A stretch of 64,000 bases of DNA, taken from the NCBI GenBank assembly GCA_002350705.1, contig DEFH01000053.1, positions 127,801 through 191,800 of the forward strand, read 5' to 3'. Shown here piece by piece: positions 56,584-64,000 of this stretch. Source of the stretch: Ruminococcaceae bacterium UBA2857. GTDB taxonomy: Bacteria > Bacillota > Clostridia > Oscillospirales > Acutalibacteraceae. The first letter of the stretch is position 1. The number at the start of each line of letters is the position of its first letter. Below the pieces are notes generated by a model. The model worked only from the letters and a program-made list of their open reading frames with translations, did no database searches and was not told the DNA's origin. The translations under genes and the position numbers were made by a program.

Positions 56584-58758
56584 ATGTCGAAACTTGTGAT
56601 TGTGGAGTCGCCTGCCAAGGCGAAAACCATAAAAAAATACCTTGGTTCGGGTTATGAAGTAGTGGCATCCATGGGACATATCAGAGATCTCAATCCCAAC
56701 AGGCTGAGTGTGGATATTAAAAAGAAGTTTGCACCGAAATATGAGATTATCCCGGGAAAAGAAAAGCTGGCAGATGAACTGGTGAAGCTTGCCCAAAAAA
56801 GCGAATATGTTTATCTGGCAACGGACCCTGACCGTGAGGGAGAGGCGATTTCATGGCATCTTGCCTATCTGCTGGGACTTGATTTGGATGATACCAACAG
56901 AGTGACTTTTAACGAAATTACGAAAACGGGTGTCAATACAGGAATGAGTGCCCCCCGTAAAATTGATTTGGATTTGGTCAATGCTCAGCAGGCAAGAAGA
57001 ATTCTGGACAGACTGGTGGGCTATAAACTCAGCCCGTTTCTCTCCAAGAAAATCAGAAAAGGTCTTTCGGCAGGTCGTGTGCAGTCTGTTGCCGTGAGAA
57101 TCGTGGTTGACCGTGAGAAAAAAATCAGAGCTTTCAAACCCGAGGAATACTGGAGTATTGATGCCAAATTTGTTCCCAAGGGAAGCCGCAAAGCCTTTTC
57201 GGCGTCTTTCTACGGAAACGCTCAGGGCAAAATGAAAATCGGAAATCAACATCAGGCACAGGAAATTCTGGACGCTGTGAAAGATGCACAGCCGTTTGTG
57301 GAAAAGGTTAAGCACGGTACCAGAAAACGTCAGCCTGCCCCACCCTTCATCACCTCCACGCTCCAGCAGGAAGCTTCACGCAAGCTGGGTTTTCAGTCAA
57401 AGCGTACCATGAAAGTAGCTCAGGAACTGTATGAAGGTATCGACATTCAGGGAATGGGGGCGGTCGGTCTGATTACCTATATGAGAACAGATTCTCTGCG
57501 TCTGTCGGAGGATGCCCTGAATGCCGCAGAAGAATATATTAAAAAAACATGGGGCAGCGATTATCTGCCCAAGGACGGTCACCGTCATTTTAAATCCCGT
57601 TCCAATGCACAGGATGGTCACGAGGCGATTCGTCCTACAACCGTAGACCTGGATCCTGCCGGTATCAAGGACAGCCTTACCGGTGACCAGTATAAGCTGT
57701 ATAAACTGATATGGGAGCGTTTTATTGCCTGTCAGATGGCGGAATGTATTCAAAAGACAACACAGGCTGATATTCATGTAAATGACTATATTTTCAAGGC
57801 ATCGGGCTATGTAGTGGATTTTGACGGCTACACGGTGCTGTATGTGGAAAGCAGGGACACCGCTGATGAAGAAAAAGAATCGGAACTTCCCGAACTCAAA
57901 AAGGATATGCCTTTGAAAGTAAAAGAAATGATTCCGAATCAGCATTTTACACAGCCGCCTGCCCGTTATACGGAAGCATCTCTCATCAAGGCAATGGAAG
58001 AATATGGTATTGGTCGTCCGTCTACGTATGCCTCTACGATTTCCACCATCACTTCCAGAGAATATGTCAAGCGTGAAAATAAAACCCTCTATCCGACAGA
58101 ATTGGGAGAAGTTACTACTCGACTTATGGAAGAGCGTTTTCCGAAAATCGTCAATGTCAAATTCACTGCCCAGATGGAACAGGAACTGGATACCGTAGAA
58201 GAAGGCGAATGCAGTTGGGTACAGCTGCTGACGGATTTTTACGGAGACTTTATCACAACGCTGAAACAGGCAAAGGAAGAAATGAAAGATGTCAAAATCG
58301 AACTGGAAGAGGATAAGACCGATTTGATTTGTGATAAATGCGGCAAACCGATGGTTGTCAAATTCGGCAGATACGGCAAATTTATTGCCTGTTCGGGCTA
58401 TCCCGACTGTAAAAACATTGTCAAGCTGGCGGACACGCTCAAAGACATTCCCTGTCCGAAATGCGGCGGCAATGTGATTGTCAGAACCACCAAAAAGGGA
58501 AGAACCTTCTATGGCTGTTCCAATTATCCGGACTGCAATTTTATTTCATGGTATCAGCCGACAACCGAGAAATGCCCTCAGTGCGGCAGTACGCTCTTTA
58601 AGAAAAAGGGCAAAAAACCCCTTCTGTTCTGTACAGCAGAGGGCTGCGGCTATACTGCGGCAGATGAATCGGAAGATACAACGGAGATCATCCGAATGAT
58701 TGTCCCTCAAAAAACGGAATCCGAAGAACCGATCCGGACTTCGGAAGTCAATGAATAA
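56584..58758 (+). CDS. topA: DNA topoisomerase I
   Basis: 'KLVIVESPAKAKTIKKYLG' is the TOPRIM start. 'YMRTDS' holds the catalytic Tyr region. There are three C-terminal CxxC...CxxC zinc ribbons. ATG 56584 follows GGAGGAA. Confidence 0.95.
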   Translation: MSKLVIVESPAKAKTIKKYLGSGYEVVASMGHIRDLNPNRLSVDIKKKFAPKYEIIPGKEKLADELVKLAQKSEYVYLATDPDREGEAISWHLAYLLGLDLDDTNRVTFNEITKTGVNTGMSAPRKIDLDLVNAQQARRILDRLVGYKLSPFLSKKIRKGLSAGRVQSVAVRIVVDREKKIRAFKPEEYWSIDAKFVPKGSRKAFSASFYGNAQGKMKIGNQHQAQEILDAVKDAQPFVEKVKHGTRKRQPAPPFITSTLQQEASRKLGFQSKRTMKVAQELYEGIDIQGMGAVGLITYMRTDSLRLSEDALNAAEEYIKKTWGSDYLPKDGHRHFKSRSNAQDGHEAIRPTTVDLDPAGIKDSLTGDQYKLYKLIWERFIACQMAECIQKTTQADIHVNDYIFKASGYVVDFDGYTVLYVESRDTADEEKESELPELKKDMPLKVKEMIPNQHFTQPPARYTEASLIKAMEEYGIGRPSTYASTISTITSREYVKRENKTLYPTELGEVTTRLMEERFPKIVNVKFTAQMEQELDTVEEGECSWVQLLTDFYGDFITTLKQAKEEMKDVKIELEEDKTDLICDKCGKPMVVKFGRYGKFIACSGYPDCKNIVKLADTLKDIPCPKCGGNVIVRTTKKGRTFYGCSNYPDCNFISWYQPTTEKCPQCGSTLFKKKGKKPLLFCTAEGCGYTAADESEDTTEIIRMIVPQKTESEEPIRTSEVNE

Positions 58759-58809
58759 TCACGATGAAAAAATAAAAATGAAATTTCGGTTTGGGAGTAA
58801 TATCATACA

Positions 58810-59976
58810 ATGTATCTGAAATCAAAATGGATATCGGTTTTAAAAATCAAGAATATTTTGTTTCTTTTATTAGGACTGTTTTTCACAATCATGTCGGTAT
58901 GGGATATCGTATCTCTTATCATCTATTATTGGGGGGACTGGGATACGGTTCTGCACGCCCGCTCCACGCCGGAATCTGTCTGCTTATTTTTCATTGGCTG
59001 TATGATGCTGATTTGTATGAAGGTATCAGCAAACGCAATCAAAAAATCCAACTTCTATTCAAGCTATTTTGAAACAGAGCTTTACAGTGATGTGGGATAT
59101 GATGAACTGTCACAAGTGACAGGCTATACGGCGAAAAAAGTAAAATATGATTTGCATATTTTCAGAAAACTTTATATGAAACGTTTTTCGTTTGTGCAGG
59201 ATCATGACGGAGAACACGTTGAATTGTACAGCAAAACGGTTGAGTGCAGCTGCAAAAACTGCGGTGCGGTCATAGATAAGAAAATATATTTTGCGGGTAT
59301 CTGCCCTTATTGCAAAACATCCGATGTATTTGCTGCGGTCATAACTGACAATAAAGTGTACAGTATTACAAAAGATACGTCTGAAAATAAAAAAAATTCT
59401 GGATATTACCTGCAAAAAACTTTTTGGATAAAAATGGCGGCAGGTATCATAGCCTTATCGTTGTCAATCGTTACTTTTTTCATTTTGTTTGGTGCGACGA
59501 TTGATCATACCGTCAAATATAATGACCATGCATATCTTTTGGATCTGGTACTGTCCGGAGAGGGCTATTCATCAATAGAACGAAATCAAAAACAAATACT
59601 GAATTTTATCATATTTGATATATTCTTTGCATTGTTTTTTTTGGCAATTGTATTTATCTGTATCAAAAAACTTTCCCTGATGAAACAATCGGGAAGTTTT
59701 GCGTGTATTTTTGCACATTCCGACAAACCGTTCTTGAATTTCAGCATTCTCAAAACGAGAAAACCTGCGGCATCTTTGCGAAAAGCGATTCAGAACGGAT
59801 ATATCAGACACTGTACGATAGAAAATCATGAAGGCAAAATGAAAATAGCCCTTGCAAAGAAAATCGTCAAAGACAGCTGTCCGTCATGCGGAGCCTCTGT
59901 TACGGGAGTCGTCAATGAAGATTATATATGTCAGTTCTGCAAAAACAGAATTATCAAAGTGATTGAGAAAAAATAA
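58810..59976 (+). CDS. hypothetical membrane protein with an internally duplicated module (2 TM, linker, zinc ribbon) x2
   Basis: The two ribbons 'CKNCGAVIDKKIYFAGICPYCK' and 'CPSCGASVTGVVNEDYICQFCK' each follow a pair of TM helices. No family was recognised. Confidence 0.45.
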   Translation: MYLKSKWISVLKIKNILFLLLGLFFTIMSVWDIVSLIIYYWGDWDTVLHARSTPESVCLFFIGCMMLICMKVSANAIKKSNFYSSYFETELYSDVGYDELSQVTGYTAKKVKYDLHIFRKLYMKRFSFVQDHDGEHVELYSKTVECSCKNCGAVIDKKIYFAGICPYCKTSDVFAAVITDNKVYSITKDTSENKKNSGYYLQKTFWIKMAAGIIALSLSIVTFFILFGATIDHTVKYNDHAYLLDLVLSGEGYSSIERNQKQILNFIIFDIFFALFFLAIVFICIKKLSLMKQSGSFACIFAHSDKPFLNFSILKTRKPAASLRKAIQNGYIRHCTIENHEGKMKIALAKKIVKDSCPSCGASVTGVVNEDYICQFCKNRIIKVIEKK

Positions 59977-60020
59977 TGAAAATCAATGTATTTGATTTTC
60001 ATTGAGCCGAAATGAATCAA

Positions 60021-60062
60021 AAACGCTGTGCTGAAATCAGATTCGGCACAGCGTTTCTTTTT
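60021..60062. terminator. bidirectional terminator between convergent genes
   Basis: AAACGCTGTGC / GCACAGCGTTT stem, with an A-run before and a T-run after. Confidence 0.65.
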
Positions 60063-60072
60063 GGTGTGTTGG

Positions 60073-60291
60073 TCAGGTTGAAGAGAGGGTGGGTGTTGTG
60101 TCCTTTTCTCTGAACAGCAGAGAAATACACCAGATGGCTGACAACGCAACCAGTGTATAAATAATTCTGCTGACGATGCCTGTCTGTCCACCGCACAGCC
60201 ATGCAACAAGGTCAAACTGGAAAATGCCTACAGAACCCCAGTTAAGTCCGCCTATAATCAGCAGAATCAATGAAAGTTTATCCAGCATCAT
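60073..60291 (-). CDS. DUF378 (YuzA-like) small membrane protein
   Basis: 'LILLIIGGLNWGSVGIFQFDLVAWL' carries the GGLNWG motif typical of DUF378. Confidence 0.75.
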   Translation of the reverse strand: MMLDKLSLILLIIGGLNWGSVGIFQFDLVAWLCGGQTGIVSRIIYTLVALSAIWCISLLFREKDTTPTLSST

Positions 60292-60348
60292 TCATTACCT
60301 CCTTTTCAATCGGGATAATCATAGTTTGGACAGAATTTTTGATTTTAT

Positions 60349-60639
60349 TCAAAGATACTGACTGCATTTTTGCAAAGTACGGACTGCCTTTTTAAGATGT
60401 TTATAGACAGTTGTAGGCTGAATTCCCATTCTGAGTGCAATTTCCCTGACGGAAAGATTTTCCAGATAACGCATGGAAATACAGTCATGCTGGCGTTGTG
60501 TCAGTTCGTTTTTCAGAGCAATGCGGACAATTTTTTTCATCCGCTGTACTCTCGGATCAGATATATCCTGCTGATATAGAAAATGATTCCAGGATAATTT
60601 TTCAAGCGATGTCGGTTCCATTGAAATTTCTCTTTTCAA
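60349..60639 (-). CDS. sigma-70 region 4-only HTH protein (sigma-factor-like regulator)
   Basis: 'LTQRQHDCISMRYLENLSVREIALRMGIQPTTVYKHLKKAVRTL' is a region 4.2-type HTH without regions 2 or 3. Confidence 0.6.
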   Translation of the reverse strand: MKREISMEPTSLEKLSWNHFLYQQDISDPRVQRMKKIVRIALKNELTQRQHDCISMRYLENLSVREIALRMGIQPTTVYKHLKKAVRTLQKCSQYL

Positions 60640-60842
60640 AATGCGATCCCCTTTCTTTTTTTGAGAGTGTTGCCGATGTTTACACAGTCCAGATACATCT
60701 GATACAAAACGGATATGCGGAAATTCATTTCTTTCAGCTCTCCGACAGGAGCGGTTGGAAGCTGTTGTTTGATGGCGTTAATGTTGCCTTTGATACGGTC
60801 GGCATTGTCAAAATATTCCTGTGCCCACTGAGAATAGGTCAT
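60636..60842 (-). CDS. hypothetical 68-aa protein co-transcribed with the sigma-r4-like gene
   Basis: The ATG at 60842 follows AAGGAG, and the product begins 'MTYSQWAQEYFDNADRIKG...'. The longer track ORF would run through the operator-like palindromes. Confidence 0.4.
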   Translation of the reverse strand: MTYSQWAQEYFDNADRIKGNINAIKQQLPTAPVGELKEMNFRISVLYQMYLDCVNIGNTLKKRKGIAF

Positions 60843-60858
60843 GTCCGGTCTCCTTTCT

Positions 60859-60871
60859 ACACATAATGTGT
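60859..60871. promoter_or_regulatory. operator-like palindrome, copy 1
   Basis: ACACA-TAA-TGTGT, preceded by CT. It lies 17 nt upstream of the minus-strand ATG at 60842. Confidence 0.4.
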
Positions 60872-60903
60872 ATTCAACGATTAAAAATATAAGGCACATT
60901 ATC

Positions 60904-60916
60904 ACACGATTCGTGT
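60904..60916. promoter_or_regulatory. operator-like palindrome, copy 2
   Basis: ACACG-ATT-CGTGT, 45 bp from copy 1. Confidence 0.35.
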
Positions 60917-61042
60917 ATGATTTGCCTGTAATTAACAGTATAGCTCATTTTTTCAAAAAATCAAGAGGAAATCGAAAATTTGTTTGATTGACTAAAAGAG
61001 AATCTCCAAATTCGTTAAAACGCTGAAAATGCATCATACCTC

Positions 61043-61071
61043 TTGAAACTACACAATATGTGTGCTATAAT
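61043..61071 (+). promoter_or_regulatory. sigma-A promoter of the XRE-ImmA operon
   Basis: TTGAAA (61043-61048), a 17-nt spacer and TGcTATAAT (-10 at 61066-61071). Confidence 0.55.
61051..61063. promoter_or_regulatory. operator-like palindrome, copy 3, inside the XRE promoter spacer
   Basis: ACACA-ATA-TGTGT, preceded by CT. It lies between the -35 and -10 boxes. Confidence 0.4.
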
Positions 61072-61109
61072 GGCTGGAAAGTATTGTAAGAAAAGACGGA
61101 GGCATACTT

Positions 61110-61508
61110 ATGAAAATTTATCTGGGACAAAAAATCAAAGAACTGAGAAAAAAAGCCAATATCAGTCAGGCAAACCTGGCACGCAAAATCGGTGTTTCAC
61201 CGTCTGCTATCGGAATGTATGAACAAAACAGACGAACTCCCGATAATGAGACTATGCTGAAACTGTGCAGTTTCTTTGATGTCAGTCTGGACTATCTGGT
61301 CGGATCGGCGGTCAATTATGAAAGCTTTTCCGAGTATAATGATGTTGCGGATATGCTGGATGAATTTGCAAAAAAACTCTGTGAGCAGGAGGGACTGATG
61401 TTTGACGGCAGTCCTTTGAACAGGGAAGAACGGATACAGATTTTGCAGGCTATCCGTTATGTTTCCAAAGTGGCGGAAAAAATGAAATATGAAGACGGAG
61501 GAATTTGA
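61110..61508 (+). CDS. XRE family HTH transcriptional regulator (ImmR-like)
   Basis: 'LGQKIKELRKKANISQANLARKIGVSPSAIGMYEQNRRTPDNETMLKLCSFFDVSLDYLVG'. Confidence 0.8.
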   Translation: MKIYLGQKIKELRKKANISQANLARKIGVSPSAIGMYEQNRRTPDNETMLKLCSFFDVSLDYLVGSAVNYESFSEYNDVADMLDEFAKKLCEQEGLMFDGSPLNREERIQILQAIRYVSKVAEKMKYEDGGI

Positions 61509-61939
61509 TGAACAAAATTCAAAAAACAGTGAATGAATTGATTGCAGAGTATAAAACAGCCAACCCTGAGGATATTTGCGAAAATATGGGAATAATAATT
61601 TTAGATTGGGACTTGCCTAAAAGAGTCAACGGGTTTACAATAAGAAGAGAAGGTATTTGGTTTATTGTATTGAATAACTGTCTGGATGACAACAAGAGAT
61701 CTTTTACCACGGCACACGAACTGGGACATATTTTGCTGCACAAGGGAACCAACTCGATCAATCTCAGCTGTAATACCGCATGGAGTGTTTCCCGATATGA
61801 GCAGGAAGCGGATCGTTTTGCTGTGTGCCTGCTGCTGAGAGCCGCAGAGGATCTTGCAGCATACGAAACATTGACTGTCAGGGAAATCTCTCGTCTGACA
61901 CATATCCCGGAATCAAAGGCGGAACAATTATTTTTTTAG
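61505..61939 (+). CDS. ImmA/IrrE family metallo-endopeptidase (COG2856)
   Basis: The HEXXH motif is in 'TTAHELGHILLH'. The start overlaps the XRE stop (ATG 61508 / TGA 61506-61508). Confidence 0.8.
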   Translation: MMNKIQKTVNELIAEYKTANPEDICENMGIIILDWDLPKRVNGFTIRREGIWFIVLNNCLDDNKRSFTTAHELGHILLHKGTNSINLSCNTAWSVSRYEQEADRFAVCLLLRAAEDLAAYETLTVREISRLTHIPESKAEQLFF

Positions 61940-61942
61940 GCG

Positions 61943-62443
61943 GTGATGATGATGAAGCTCTTTCTGAAATATAATGGCGGCTACGGTGATGCAGGCTTTG
62001 ATGTTCTGGACGAAACAGCCTGTCTGAAATACAGCGTCTCCGTGCAAACCGAAAAAAACAGGCAGAAAATCATCATAAAAAACCTCAATCAACAGATTGT
62101 TGCCGAAATTTTTAACAAAAATCTGGTTATCCGTTATTTTTCGGTGCGGTGCAGCGGACATTTGTATGTATTGGTTCCTATTATCAAAGAATGTTTTGCA
62201 TTTATTATCTATGGAAGTACTTACCGCTTTTTAGGGGATATTTCCGCAGGCAGTTTTTCACTGATAGACGTGGACAAAAGTCCTGTTATGACACAGAAAA
62301 AATGCTGGAGCTCTTTTGGTGATGGCTTTGAACTTCATATTTTTAATGCCGAACAGGAATTGTTTGCTGTTTCGTGTGCGATTTGTGCCGCCATGTATTT
62401 ATCAGCCGCTGACAGCAAGCCGCAGATGGTAGGCGAAGGATAA
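61943..62443 (+). CDS. hypothetical protein resembling the LURP-one-related / YxjI (tubby C-terminal-like) family
   Basis: 'SFSLIDVDKSPVMTQKKCWSSFGDGFELHIFNAEQELFAVSCAICAAMYL' parallels the C-terminal strand-helix pattern of B. subtilis YxjI-type proteins, recalled from memory. It starts 3 nt after the ImmA stop. Confidence 0.4.
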   Translation: MMMMKLFLKYNGGYGDAGFDVLDETACLKYSVSVQTEKNRQKIIIKNLNQQIVAEIFNKNLVIRYFSVRCSGHLYVLVPIIKECFAFIIYGSTYRFLGDISAGSFSLIDVDKSPVMTQKKCWSSFGDGFELHIFNAEQELFAVSCAICAAMYLSAADSKPQMVGEG

Positions 62444-62536
62444 TACAATGCATCATTCCTCATGTTCCGTACAGCATGAATTTTTTGGATTTTTCCTTGA
62501 CATTATTGGCAATCTATGACAAAATAGAGGTGGTGG

Positions 62537-63403
62537 GTGGATTTGAAGAACATCAGGCTGTTGTCAGTCGTTTTTAAAAGTACGGCTGAACCCTATCGGA
62601 ACATCATTTTTCCTGTGTCGGCAGGTGCCAAGCTCTATAATAAAGACAGCGTTGTTCTGCCCCTGCGTGATGATACAGGCCAAAATATTTCCGATAAAAA
62701 TGCAAGCTATTGTGAATTGACTGTGCAGTACTGGGCATGGAAAAATTTACAGTGCGATGTCTGCGGCATTTTTCATCAAAGGCGTTATCTTGACTTTTCG
62801 GGGAAAAACTGTAAGCGTCCCTACAGAATTTTTGATGTTCCCGATGAAAGAACCATGCAGGAAATTGGTATGAAGTATCAAAATATTTCGTCATGGACGG
62901 ACAAGTATCTGATTATTGCCAATCAACGTGAAAATCTCTATGAAAGTGTCGAAGATTTTTATAACAGAAATGACCGTCAGTCATTTGATGATATTGGTTT
63001 GCTGAAAGAAATTATTGCGGAAAAATATCCGGAATATGCTGCCTCTGCGGAAAGCTATTTCAAGGGTACATACTCTTATTTCTGCAATGTCTTTGCCATG
63101 GAGAAAAAACAGTTTGACCGTTACAGTCAGTGGCTGTTTGATATTCTTTTTGAATATGAACAACGCAAGCCGGAAGCACTGTTTTATCTCAGAGAAATGG
63201 GAAAATTAGGCGAAAGACTTTTCGGTGTGTACATGACATATATCATCCATGAAACGCAGATACCATGGACAGAACTTCCGCGGGCACATTTTGCCGGTGT
63301 CAACGGTGCGACTTTGAAAAATCTTTCCTTTAACCGATATTTATATCCTATCTGCCCTCCGGGTACAAAAAGGAGAGCATTTCTGCGTAAACTCAAAAAG
63401 TAA
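62537..63403 (+). CDS. DUF4422 domain protein (glycosyltransferase-like, polysaccharide biosynthesis)
   Basis: 'DDTGQNISDKNASYCELTVQYWAWKN...GIFHQRRYL' matches the DUF4422 core pattern. It has a GTG start. Confidence 0.7.
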   Translation: MDLKNIRLLSVVFKSTAEPYRNIIFPVSAGAKLYNKDSVVLPLRDDTGQNISDKNASYCELTVQYWAWKNLQCDVCGIFHQRRYLDFSGKNCKRPYRIFDVPDERTMQEIGMKYQNISSWTDKYLIIANQRENLYESVEDFYNRNDRQSFDDIGLLKEIIAEKYPEYAASAESYFKGTYSYFCNVFAMEKKQFDRYSQWLFDILFEYEQRKPEALFYLREMGKLGERLFGVYMTYIIHETQIPWTELPRAHFAGVNGATLKNLSFNRYLYPICPPGTKRRAFLRKLKK

Positions 63404-63469
63404 GAAAGCACGTTTCATTCTGCATGGTGTATGATGAATCGTGCATTATATAGAAAGGGTTGTTGAAAT

Positions 63470-64000
63470 ATGTATGATTATTTGGTAGTTGGAGCAGGTT
63501 TGTTTGGTGCGATTTTCGCACACGAAGCAAACAAAAGAGGTAAAAAAGTGCTTGTCATTGACAAGAGAAATCACATTGGCGGCAATATTTACTGTGAGAA
63601 AATCGAGGGTATCAATGTACATAAGTACGGTGCCCATATCTTCCACACCAATGACAAAAAAGTATGGGAGTATATCAATCAGTTTGCCGAGTTCAATAAT
63701 TATATCAATTCACCTGTTGCAGTTTACAAGAATGAATTGTATAATCTGCCGTTCAATATGAATACGTTCAGCCGTCTCTGGAATATCAAAACACCTGCCG
63801 AGGCTAAAAAAATCATTGCCGATCAGATCGCAGACCTTGATATTGAAGAGCCGAAAAATCTGGAAGAACAGGCTTTGAGCCTTGTCGGAAAGGATGTCTA
63901 TCAAAAGCTTATCAAAGGTTATACCGAAAAGCAGTGGGGACGTTCCTGCACAGAGCTTCCTGCCTTTATCATCAAGAGACTGCCTTTGAGATTTACTTTT
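63470..64000 (+). CDS. glf: UDP-galactopyranose mutase, N-terminal 177 codons (3' end lies outside the window)
   Basis: ATG 63470 follows GAAAGGG. 'MYDYLVVGAGLFGAIFAHEANKRGKKVLVIDKRNHIGGNIYCE...GAHIFHTNDKKVW' is the Glf signature. It is absent from the ORF track because it runs off the window. Confidence 0.9.
   Translation, partial: MYDYLVVGAGLFGAIFAHEANKRGKKVLVIDKRNHIGGNIYCEKIEGINVHKYGAHIFHTNDKKVWEYINQFAEFNNYINSPVAVYKNELYNLPFNMNTFSRLWNIKTPAEAKKIIADQIADLDIEEPKNLEEQALSLVGKDVYQKLIKGYTEKQWGRSCTELPAFIIKRLPLRFTF

Noticed and set aside
60349-62443. Calling this region a prophage or ICE (mobile_element).
   Set aside because: Only regulatory-type genes are present (sigma-r4-like, XRE, ImmA). No integrase, recombinase, relaxase, capsid or conjugation genes and no flanking direct repeats were seen in the window, so it is reported as a cassette or possible remnant.

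Overview
The window looks like a chromosomal segment of a spore-forming Clostridia-class Firmicute, possibly Ruminococcus- or Oscillospiraceae-like. That placement rests only on gene content: SCIFF ranthipeptide genes, CotF-like coat proteins, an Enterococcus-type V-ATPase operon and TGD-type C-terminal anchors. All calls come from reading the ORF track and DNA by eye against remembered family motifs. No homology search, HMM scan or RNA fold was run.

Content from left to right:
- ppk1 3' end, pfkA, and a DUF990-type ABC-2 permease pair whose second gene is frameshifted.
- A PadR/DUF1700/DUF4097 operon and a secreted Big_2 plus transglutaminase-like protein.
- nadC-nadB, a pRiA4_ORF3-domain protein, hflX, a GH13 amylase-family enzyme and a CotF-like pair.
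- A TraB/GumN lipoprotein and two small surface proteins that share a TGD/TM/basic C-terminal signal.
- A cell-envelope glycan locus: EpsG-like protein, priming phosphotransferase, TagG/TagH-like ABC exporter, GT4, Big_2 membrane protein and an IspD/TarI-like cytidylyltransferase.
- A complete nine-gene V-type ATPase operon with a Na+-type c-ring signature.
- A DUF2975/HTH operon, ApbE with a NusG_II protein, an orphan HTH-REC regulator, an acyl-CoA synthetase-like gene and an NCS2 purine permease.
- A divergent MurT/GatD pair, tgt-yajC, scfA-scfB (SCIFF), infC-rpmI-rplT with an L20 leader, aroK, a TrmH-family methyltransferase, dprA and topA.
- A sigma-r4 / XRE / ImmA / YxjI-like cassette, then DUF4422 and a partial glf.

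No rRNA, tRNA, CRISPR array, transposase or integrase was recognised.

The observations most worth follow-up:
- The GatD-like subunit lacks its catalytic Cys and His.
- A 69-aa gene consists almost only of a signal peptide plus a sorting signal.
- The XRE-ImmA-YxjI-like cassette carries three ACACR-N3-YGTGT palindromes.
- The SCIFF precursor is hidden inside a longer spurious ORF in the track.
- A DUF2185-like gene is translationally coupled to tgt.
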